A DNA stretch of 61,721 nucleotides, filler included, from Catajapyx aquilonaris (Eukaryota): NCBI GenBank assembly GCA_000934665.2. It is 2 parts of 2 records of this genome, joined end to end, with 100 filler letters (N's around TTAATTAATTAA, not from the genome) between each part and the next. Parts side by side here need not be neighbours in the genome. Positions count along the whole stretch, not along the records: positions 1 to 31,130 come from JYFJ02004633.1; positions 31,231 to 61,721 come from JYFJ02004634.1. One strand, written 5' to 3'. Made by a program: the position numbers and the translations under genes. The notes beneath the pieces were generated by a model. It did no database searches and was not told the origin of the DNA. It worked only from the letters and a program-made list of their open reading frames with translations. Positions 24,001 to 32,537 of the stretch are shown one piece after another. How positions within the stretch are numbered: position 1 is the first letter of the stretch; the number at the start of each line of letters is the position of its first letter.

Positions 24001-26579
24001 CGCAATTGGTAGTTTTCTTACGAGGTCGGTTTGAAAAGTTTTGCCTCCTATGCGATAGTTTCAATAATATGCAAGATACACACACAAACTGCATGTCTGG
24101 TGAAAGCTTGGAATGTCCTCTATGAGACGGTTTCACTACTTTTCCACAATGTCACCATCCCTAGTCACATGCATACGCCAACGATGGACCAGTTGTTGCA
24201 TCCCATCAAAGATATCAGGCGTCTTCTCCTGGCACCATTGATGCACATCTGCTTGCACCTACATGGTGTACCTTCAGGTGTTCTTTCAGCTACAGCTTCA
24301 GTGTTCTTTCAGCTTCGTGAAAAGGAAAAAGTTCCAAGGTGAAAGATACGCGCTGTACGACAATCTTACACCATGACAACGCTCGTCTCCGCATGAGTCG
24401 ACAAACACGGGATGCATTGCAGCATCAGATGCCATAGAGCCCGTATCTGTCACCTTGTGACATTTACCTTTTTACGAAGCTGAAAGAACACCTGAAGGTA
24501 CACCATTACACCAGGGATGTGGAGGTGCAACCAGAAATGCATTGCTGGTGCCAGGAGAAGTCACTTGATATCTTCGACGACTGGATGCAACAACTGGTCT
24601 GCCTTTGGCACATGCATGTAACTAGGGAAGGTGACTTCATGGAAAAGTAATGAAACTGTCTGGTAAAGGACATTCCAAACTTTCATCAGACATACTGTAC
24701 AGTTTGTATGTGTATCTTGCGTATTATTGAAATTATATCACATAGGAGGCAATACTTTTCAAGCCGACCTCGGACATTGAGATCAGTAGGTAGTTATCTC
24801 CACGATCCAGAGAATGGCCCTTAAAATTTACAGGGTGTGAATTCCAGCATTGCACTGCAAGTTGAGGTTCAGGGTTTTCTACGTGTTTTTGGTTACAATT
24901 AGTGCTTCTACATATCCGGACTGTCCAGTATCCGGATATCCGAACCTGTTTGGGATCCCTCTTCCCAGATCCGCACTATCCAGATGGTGTCGGACGGTCC
25001 GGGTAGTCCAGGTTTCGGATGCAGTCCCAGACACGTTGTACCCATCCGAATCGCAGGTTTGTTGTGAAAAATGAACATATTTTATTCGCATAATTAAAAA
25101 CGCATTTATTGGCAGCAGGTAAAAACTGCCAGCCAAATGGTCCATCATAAAGTAATTCATTAGGCCTGTTGTCCATGTCAAAACATGAGGTTAATTCGAT
25201 TTCCGTGCAGAATAATACTCTTAACTTAAAAGTATTATTTGAAAAGAAAGAAGCCCTAATAAGAAGGAAAAAGAGCTTTTCTGCACGGAAATCGAATTAA
25301 CCTCATGTTTTGACATGGACAATAGGCCTAATGAAATACTTTGGGATGGACCATTTGACTGTAAGTTTTTACCTGCCACCAATAAATGCATTTTTAATTA
25401 TGCGAATAAAATATGTTCATTTTTCACAACAAACCTTCTGTCCGTATCCTCGGATCCGGATGGGTACAAAGTGTCTCGGATTGGGACAGAAACCCAGACT
25501 ACCCGGACCGTCCGACACTATCTGGATAGTGCGGACCTGGGAAGAGGGATCCCAAACAGGTTCAGATATCCAGATATCGGACAGTCCGACTAGCCGGATA
25601 AATGCTGAAGCACTAGTTACAATGCTGCATTTCACTTGCATTGACTGTCACTACATTATGTGTTGTTTTTTAGGCTACATTTGTTAGTTAACTTGCATCT
25701 CCTGTGGTATCGCTGACTGAGGATGACGTTGGCAATTACTGTTTCTTATAGAATGCTGTTGATAAGCTGATGCCTTAAAAAAATTTATTACGCTTAAACA
25801 TTCTTCAATTGCCCAATTTTAGATGTTTCAATCGTTGAAGCAGGATCTGCGTCAAAAATTCAGTAACCACCTAGCCTTATTAAGGTTCAGCAACTATTGA
25901 ACTTCCTCATCGTAATACCTTTAATTGTCCTTGAGCAATTAGTCGAGTTCTCAACACATCCACTGGCATGGCCACACACGTTGCCATGCATGCCGAAGCA
26001 CCTCCGCAAAAGAGGTGAACAACATGGCGATGTCCTTCTACCGAAGGCATCAGTGTCCATACTTTCTTTGTTATGGTTTCAAAGAACACAAACTGGAAAA
26101 GTATTACAGAAACAATTTTGACAGTGACAATTTCCAATTTTAAAATTTCCAATGACTGGGCCATTACATAAATGGCTTGTGATAACAAAACCTGCACACC
26201 TATCTATCACTTTCCTCTAAAAAAGTATTGCATTACCTGGGACATGCCATATACAACAGAAAGGGCCTGAGCAGGAACATGGCCCTTCCACAAAGCCTGC
26301 ACTCCTTCCTCTTTCACAATTGTTGAAAAAGCCTGAACAATCCCCTTGTACTTGGAGGTACTACTACCTCTACTGATGGGCTCCACTTGAAGCTGAAATT
26401 ACAAACAGTGTATCATGCATCTTACAATGATTGCACATTAAAAACCTTACCTGAAACCTTATCTTAACCACATCCAATGGCTGGACCACGACACGTGACA
26501 TTGCAGCAGACACGGCACCAGCAATGCCATACTGAGTGTAAGTCAATGCCTTCTCTTGCTTTGGATCATATCCAACCAT
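15045..26579 (-). CDS. SLC25A19: Mitochondrial thiamine pyrophosphate carrier (SLC25A19/Tpc1), ~315 aa; exons 26579-26451, 26392-26237, 26092-25919, 21097-20929, 15423-15278, 15218-15045
   Basis: Three mitochondrial-carrier signature repeats (PLDVVKIRFQ, PVDVLRTRLIAQ, PFEVLKKRLQVQ). TPC-typical motifs MVGYDP, FQLQVEP, WKGHVPAQ, QGFEVARKPFG and FYKGLSPSLLKA. All introns GT-AG with consistent phases. Confidence 0.95.
15666..15750. mobile_element. Tiny piggyBac-like MITE
   Basis: TTAA|CCCTTTGAAGAC ... GTCGTCAAAGGG|TTAA. Confidence 0.65.
17095..17234 (-). mobile_element. tRNA-derived SINE fragment (family C), head interrupted
   Basis: Reverse strand has B-box GAGTTCGATCCCCGG followed by a GTGGGATTTCTCGGGGTTCTCCCGTTTCCTC core typical of metazoan SINEs. 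Confidence 0.6.
17235..17804. mobile_element. TTAA-flanked palindromic MITE
   Basis: TTAA|ACTAAACCCCAGTCACTC ... GAGTGACTGGGGGCTGGT|TTAA; internal inverted arms ~17521-17775. Confidence 0.65.
17260..17494. mobile_element. hAT-type MITE
   Basis: TIR CAGTGGTTTCCAACC / GGTTGGAAACCACTG; perfect 8-bp TSD CCCTATAC (17252-17259, 17495-17502). Confidence 0.9.
17903..18173 (-). mobile_element. tRNA-derived SINE, family B
   Basis: Reverse complement of the 22406-22704 element: GGGAGGCATGGTGGTCCAGTGG A-box head and GGTTCAAATCCC B-box. Confidence 0.8.
18611..18865 (+). mobile_element. tRNA-derived SINE, family A
   Basis: Same head as the 12451 copy (ACCGAAGCA...GACTGCTAAT...GGTTCGAATCCC); (TAA)n tail; 12-bp TSD ATTAATATTACG (18599-18610, 18866-18877). 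Confidence 0.85.
19068..20477. mobile_element. Tc1/mariner MITE (same family as 13063-13504) carrying a nested insertion
   Basis: TA|CAGGGTGAAGGGA ... TCCCTTCACCTTG|TA; colinear with the 13063 copy once 19130-20112 is removed. Confidence 0.85.
19130..20112. mobile_element. Fold-back Tc1/mariner-type element with two internal hairpins
   Basis: TA|CAGGGTGTTTCAGAG ... CTCTGAAACACCCAG|TA; palindromes at ~19170-19700 and ~19731-20020. Confidence 0.85.
21268..21428. mobile_element. TA-flanked palindromic MITE
   Basis: TA|CAGTCGGTTAAAGGATTTCCTT ... AAGGAAATCCTTTAACCGACTG|TA. Confidence 0.85.
22406..22704 (+). mobile_element. tRNA-derived SINE, family B (full length)
   Basis: A/B-box head; A-rich then (AC)n tail; 17-bp TSD ACATATTCTATCTTGTT (22389-22405, 22705-22721). 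Confidence 0.88.
22829..23013 (+). mobile_element. tRNA-derived SINE, family B (3'-truncated)
   Basis: Similar to the 22406 copy; ends at TTAACCCTTTG (piggyBac-like end). Confidence 0.75.
23243..23327 (+). mobile_element. SINE family A head fragment
   Basis: ACCGAAGCAGG...GCCTGCTAATGG...GGCCGGCGACCCTGAC matches the 12451 and 18611 heads. Confidence 0.7.
23325..23768. mobile_element. Fold-back element (family of 19130-20112), left arm truncated
   Basis: Palindrome centred at ~23475; right end GACTCTGAAACACCCTG|TA. Confidence 0.8.
24021..24772. mobile_element. mariner-derived MITE made of two inverted transposase 3' halves
   Basis: TIR CGAGGTCGGTTTGAAAAGT / ACTTTTCAAGCCGACCTCG; degenerate translation ILHHDNAR...SPYLSPCDIYLFTKLKEHLK...REGDFMEK* (mariner catalytic C-terminus), mirrored in the left arm. 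Confidence 0.88.
24900..25615. mobile_element. hAT-type fold-back element
   Basis: Termini TAGTGCTTC / GAAGCACTA; 8-bp TSD GTTACAAT (24892-24899, 25616-25623); ~310-bp inverted arms. Confidence 0.88.
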
Positions 26580-27019
26580 TATGCCCAACTATATGAAGAT
26601 GCTTCTGTGGAAGGTTTTTTAAATATTAGTCAGTATACCCATAGGTGTAACATGAAAGCAAATTTTAACATATCCATATTTTTCAAAAATAAATTTTAAC
26701 AATAGAAATTGTTCACGCACTTGCCCCCAAGAAATTCAGGATCAAATCTCCAAGGAATTGCTTGATAACGCTCATCTGGTGTAAGTAACGATAAGAGTGG
26801 TCACAAATATTACTGATGCCATTTAATTAAAATGCGTGACAGGAAAATGTAGTAGATGTGGATAGTTTGATATGTCACAGGCAAATATCACATGCAACTA
26901 ATTATCTCATAATGTGGGAACAATGATGTAACTACTAAATATGTACATCAGTCTGATAGGTCAAAAGGCCATTGCCATTGTCTACACTCTACACTCTACA
27001 GGCAAGAACACGAGTTATG

Positions 27020-27940
27020 AAATACTTTTCCATAGGAGTGACTCATTGATTTGGACCTTTGCAATACGCCTTAACCTGGGCCTCGTCTGGGACTGTGTCC
27101 ACAGAACAGTGGGAAGGACCAGGTAGTTGGTTGAGGAGTTGTGCGTCGATAAGATTGACGGTGTTGTTTTTCGGAGCTAATATTGCTCTCTCAGACAACC
27201 AACTGTGTCTCTGGTAGTTGAGGCAAAGATTGGGAAAGACCTTAAATTTTAATTCATCGACAGAGGACACCTTCGTACCGCTCAATCCCATGTCAACATT
27301 TCCTATAGGGCACCGGTTCTAAATTGGCCATTTCCTAATTTCAACAGGTCACATGCAAATTCCTCTGAGTAGTAGACACCAAGCAGATAGGCCTTCATGT
27401 TCATAGAGAGATGGAATTTTCTAACACGAGTCCAGAGATAAGAAGACTTTAGGCAAGCTTTTATCGCATTGACCCGTGTGCCTCGTGGAACAACAGGCAA
27501 TGTCTGTCTGAAGTCCCCAGCCAAAACCAAAGTTACTCCACCCATAATCTTTTTTCATTCCCGGATATCCTGCAGTGTCCTGTCCAGAGCTTCAAAAGCT
27601 GCTTTGTGGGACATGGTGCACTCATCCCAAACAATTATTAACCTGCACTGACTCAAAAGTTGTGCCCCCCCCCCCCCCCCNCCCCCCCCCGGTACCCTTG
27701 CTGATGTTGCACGTTGCATTTTCCTGTGTAGCTAAATTTAGAGGAAGTTTGAAAGCTGCATGGGCAGTCCTCCCACCAGGCAAAATAGTAGATGCTATGC
27801 CAGAAGAGGCAACCGCAAGTGCAATTTGTTGATCCTGACGAACTTTCGCCAACAACAGATTAGTCACAAATGTTTTACCAGTTCCTCCTGGTGCATCAAG
27901 GAAAACAACTCCACCTTTCTGATGACCCTGGACATTGTCT
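27020..27940 (-). mobile_element. Helitron RepHel fragment (PIF1-family helicase), disrupted
   Basis: Motifs FLDAPGGTGKTF (Walker A), AVASSGIASTILPGGRTAHAAFKLPL, IVWDECTM and GGVTLVLAGDFRQTLPVVPRG; contains in-frame stops and frameshifts. Confidence 0.9.
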
Positions 27941-28028
27941 ACAATTGAAGGGCTCCATGGAAGAAGGGGGTAAGTAGATGGGAATTCTCATCTAGTTACC
28001 GCCTTCTTCCATGGAGCCCTTCAATTGT
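27941..28028. repeat. Short near-perfect hairpin / MITE
   Basis: ACAATTGAAGGGCTCCATGGAAGAAGG ... CCTTCTTCCATGGAGCCCTTCAATTGT. Confidence 0.75.
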
Positions 28029-29021
28029 CGAATAAGCAGATCTCTGATCTGGTAGCAACTTTGGTTCATTAAGAGCAACCTCTCGAACGTTGCCGTGGCG
28101 ACGTTTTTTTTTTTTTTGTACATAATATGAATGAAATGTTGATTGTTAGGGAAGGGGGTGGTAGTGGAGAAGAGGGTAGGGTGGGGATGGGGGCATGGAA
28201 CAGGAGGGGGCGGGCGGATGCAGGAGTGCTTGGGAAGGGGGAGACGGAAGGGGGCTTTTTTGGTGGACGAATATATTGAAAGGCCTGGAGGTAGCGGCAT
28301 GAGGAGAGGGTGATGTGACCAAGTGGATGCGACCCCGACACCCCGTGGGCCTTGAGAGAAGGGAAGGACCATTTCCATGGCAACTGAACAGGGGGTTTGT
28401 TTATACCAATATGCGGATTATTAGAACAGGGGGCCAAACTCCCAGAGTCCTTTCCGCCTCCTGTGGCTAAGAATGACCTCGGAGGTCAATTCCAATGTGC
28501 TTAAAACCTTCCAACTAAAAAACTACCCCTAATGATACCCCTGGGGCATATGTCGAGGCCTCCGTACGGATCTGATGAGGTCACAAGGGGGCAGACATAG
28601 GTCTTGAAATATAATTATATTAGATTAGTATCTTGATCAGACTATCATAAAACGGAGACAGTCAGAAGCTTGTTGTAGAATGGTTGAAAATACTGTACCC
28701 ATAATACAGGATAAAGATGCATGGGGCTTAGGAATGGGTGTCCACTACTCATTCACCAAAGATATGTTTAAGAATTATTTGTGCCCTGGTCTGCCACAAT
28801 TATGTAAGTTGCTCCTAATTAAGGTACGTAGATTTAAAAAAAAAAAAAACTCAATGTCATCCTATTCCTTCCTAGTGCTGCAAAAATCCGAATTTGAAAT
28901 TCACAATTTTGCATTTCTTCTGATTAAGGAAAAATGTATAATTTTGTTGGATTATGTTTTCACGTAAATCGCTTCCTACCAGGCAAATAAACCACCCAAG
29001 TACTTTTCAACTCACTTTTAA

Positions 29022-29925
29022 AGGGACACTCCACTCAAAATACAAGTTGGCCCCCAAAAATCGGGCAAAAAATCCTGATTCCGAATGTGCAATCGGTTTT
29101 TTTCTACGCCCAACGGTAACACGGAAAATCATATATCTACACACGTCGTCTGCTAAGAAGGGCGATACTACAGCATCTCGCGGCAAACCGGAGAAGTAGA
29201 GGCGGTGCTCAACAAACAACTGCCGCGCGAGGCGCGCTAGGCAACACAAGCGCGCCAGCTTCGAGCGCTTTCGAGCCGAACCTGATGAGAAGGATGGCGG
29301 ACCACAGAAAGGTCGGGTGTGTAAGTGCACCCGATGTTTCGGAGGCCGGCACAGGGAGAGTCCATCCCGGCGCCCTCGCACCTCCCCTGCGGCCCTACCA
29401 GTGCGAGCCGTATGACGACGACGGGGTGGCCACATATGAGACAGAGGCACTTGCAGCACGTCATGTGTACACTGCAACTTATCACCCCAATGACGACGAC
29501 GAGGAGGAAGAGGAAGAGGAGGAAGAGGAGGAAGAGGAGGAAGAGGAGGAGGAGGCGGAGGGGGAGGAGGCGGAGGGGGGGGGAAGGGGGGGGGGCTTGA
29601 CCCCCCTCTATTTTCAATTCCTGCCGATAGGTGGCGCAGGTGTCGTGAACAGTATTGTTGCATACGGTTCGAATACGTTCCGCTTTGAATCAGTTTGAAT
29701 TCGCGGGCAGAGCCAGGCATCACCTCCATTTCCCATTCCTGCCGCCAGGCGGCGAGGGTATCGTGTACAGTAGCATACGGTTGCAACCGTATCGCCAAAA
29801 TTCGCATAATTAACCGGTTCCCCTGGGCTCATCGTTCATCGGAAAAAATAATTATCGGTGTCGTTGGAATCATATTTTTTGCCCGATTTTTGGGGGCCAA
29901 CTTGTATTTTGAGTGGAGTGTCCCT
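29022..29925. mobile_element. Kolobok-like non-autonomous DNA transposon
   Basis: TTAA TSD (29018-29021, 29926-29929); AGG...CCT termini; perfect 52-bp TIR AGGGACACTCCACTCAAAATACAAGTTGGCCCCCAAAAATCGGGCAAAAAAT; internal ORF 29285-29698. Confidence 0.8.
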
Positions 29926-29984
29926 TTAATGCATCCAAATCCTCCTCAATACACCGCCAACACTCACTACATCACTTCAACCCT

Positions 29985-29988
<4 letters not shown>

Positions 29989-30026
<38 letters not shown>
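29989..30026. repeat. (CT)n microsatellite
   Basis: Uninterrupted CT run. Confidence 0.9.
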
Positions 30027-30029
<3 letters not shown>

Positions 30030-30212
30030 CCTCCCTCCCTCCCTCTTCTCCTTGCTTTCCCCACGCCTCCGCCAGGTGGCTCCCCCCGCAGGGCAACCGC
30101 CACTTTCCAAGAGAGCCAACCCGGCTCAACGAGCAAAACAAGGAGAGGCGGGCTAATCAAAATGAAACAAATCAAATGAAACAAAGTGAATTAATATCTC
30201 AGGAGCTATTTC

Positions 30213-31128
30213 TCTCAGCTGAGTGCTAGTGGTATCTCCAAGGGTATCTCTGACACTCTGAGTAGGACCTTACATGACTAATTTTCATGCAGAGTAGTTA
30301 TCATGCAGTCAGTATGCATGTAGTGGACAGGGGCATTTTATGGAAGTCTGCCAGGGCTATGGATTCGTCCAAACATGCACGGCTCACCATCATCCTTTTT
30401 CCTCATCAAGGAGGGAATTGCACCAGTGGACATTGTCCATTGGATGCAGAAGGTGCATGGGAATGTCTGCTTCAACCCCAAGACTATCTTCAAAAGGTGT
30501 AGGGAATTTCTGTCCAGACCTTTCCAGGGAGAGAGCATTTCCTGGAAGGAGTAGGTCCTTTGGACACGCGGAAGGCGGGAGGGTGAGTATTGGTCGGGGG
30601 CAGCTTGGCTGTGTCGCAAAGGCAATAGGTAAAGATGCAAGTATTGATTTTTTGGATTTTGGAAGGGGTATGATGTACCAACCTAACCTTCTTTCCTTGC
30701 GGATACATACCTATTTTCAGCGGATACAGACCTATCTTCAGCGGATGCACGCCTATCATTTATCCTTCCCTTTGAGGCACAGCCACTGCCCCCAGCCACC
30801 ACTCACCCTTCCGCCTGTCCAAAGGACCTACTCCAACCCATTTCCTTAGTGGGTTTTTGCACCAAGGTGTCCACCAAGGTGTTGTGGTTGAAGCAGGCTC
30901 TCCCATACACCCTTGGCATCCAATAGACAATGTCCACTGGTGGAGTTCCTTCATTGATGAGGAAAAAGGATGACGACGAGTTGTGCCTGTTTGGACGAAT
31001 GCATAGCCCTGGGAGACTTGCATAAAATTCTCCCCTGTCCACTACCTGCATACTGACTGATAACTACTCTGCATGAAAATTAGTCACGTAAGGTCCTACT
31101 CAGAGATACCACTAGCACTCAGCTGAGA
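30213..31128. mobile_element. mariner-derived palindrome made of two inverted 5' halves
   Basis: Arms ~30213-30480 and ~30885-31128 are diverged inverted copies; translation KEGIAPVDIVHWMQKVHGNVCFNPKTIFKRCREF resembles the mariner N-terminal HTH. Confidence 0.75.
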
Positions 31129-31130
31129 CA

Positions 31131-31230
31131 NNNNNNNNNNNNNNNNNNNNNNNNNNNNNNNNNNNNNNNNNNNNTTAATTAATTAANNNNNNNNNNNNNN
31201 NNNNNNNNNNNNNNNNNNNNNNNNNNNNNN
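31131..31230. other. Assembly gap spacer (44 N + TTAATTAATTAA + 44 N)
   Basis: Exactly 100 nt, with a six-frame stop linker in the centre. Confidence 0.97.
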
Positions 31231-31547
31231 TACTACTGTACATAGGTGTGTTCAGTACCCTGCCGGTGTAGCATGAGAGCGCCTTTTTCAGTGCAACCCG
31301 CAAGGCTAAATAGCCGTTCAACCAGCTTCCAACACGTTCAAACCACTGCACTCGTGCCTTGCATTTGCCGTTCTCGCCAGGCTCAATTCAAACAGAAAGG
31401 ACGTGACGTCACAGCATACGGCCGTAATAAATAAATTTATTACTGCCGTATTTCTAATTGTTTTATAGAACTGACCGGGGTAGTCGCCACCTACGATTTT
31501 TCCCCACCCCTTCGCGCGCGCTTGACTCATGACTCTGATACACCCTG
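31231..31547. mobile_element. Right arm of the fold-back family (19130/23325)
   Basis: Matches 19435-19700 and 23475-23768; ends GACTCTGATACACCCTG|TA; begins at the hairpin centre at the contig edge. Confidence 0.85.
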
Positions 31548-32223
31548 TATAGTAGAGCACAGTGTAATTTTATCACGTACATTTATGGCTTGATATCGAT
31601 ACATTCGTGAAGTAATCGAATGAGAAACGGCCGAGGTAGCTGAGGTGTGCAATCAACATAATCATGGTTACACAAATGGGGATTTCAAGTTTCAAATATA
31701 TCATTAGACAGAGAAAGATTTGCACTGCCCAGGGCTCACAGGGGGAATTATTTGGCCACCGAGAAGTTGTCATTAAAAATTCATTTTGCTGTGTAACGTT
31801 GGCAACTGGTCAAAAACTGACACCCTTCCGTGTTCTTCTTGCGTATTCTTGCATTTCTGCGCATTTCTTGCGATAGAAAATTACACAATGAAGATAGGTT
31901 AACAACTCGCATATATGTTACATAGATTTAAACAAGCTTTCTAATGATGCATAATGTTATTTATTATTTGGACCATTTTCCTGGGAGTTATCTAGAGTCA
32001 AACACAGGGGCCAATATTATAAAAATGGATAGGGGTGTGGGCACCCCAGGTTAAGAATCCCTGGATGGATCAGACATGACACCAGTTGTTACAACTTCTC
32101 TTGAGAGTCACTGCAATGGCTAAAGCCTCTTTAGGAAAGTGGCAATTTAGACAAACAAGCTATTCTGGTTACAGTGGTTGACGAAAGTGAATGCAACTTT
32201 GTTAAAGCAACATCCATTTTGTA

Positions 32224-32498
32224 CAGTGTTGGACATTAATCATGTCATAATGCTTGCGACATTTTCTGATGCAGAAGACGTGCAAATCAAGGCGAGCTGC
32301 GGGAGAAAGAAGAGGTAGGCCTTGAGTGACGTCACCGGATGGGGGGAAATGGAGAGAAGGCTTGTCCCCCAGCCAGTGACGTCACCCAAGGGCTACCTCT
32401 TCTTTCTCGCACGGCTCGCACTCTTATCACTTCGATTTGCACGTCTGCCGCAGCGGAAAATGTCACTAGCAGTATGACGGAATTAATGTCCAGCACTG
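32224..32498. mobile_element. TA-flanked palindromic MITE
   Basis: TA|CAGTGTTGGACATTAAT ... ATTAATGTCCAGCACTG|TA, with inverted arms running to the centre. Confidence 0.8.
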
Positions 32499-32537
32499 TA
32501 CAGTAGCACAATTAAAACTTGTGAATAGCTCATCTCT

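Noticed and set aside
29007..29807. 266-aa poly-Pro ORF
   Set aside because: Antisense reading of the GAG/GAA repeat inside the Kolobok-like element.
31175..31186. TTAATTAATTAA palindrome
   Set aside because: Synthetic linker inside the N gap.
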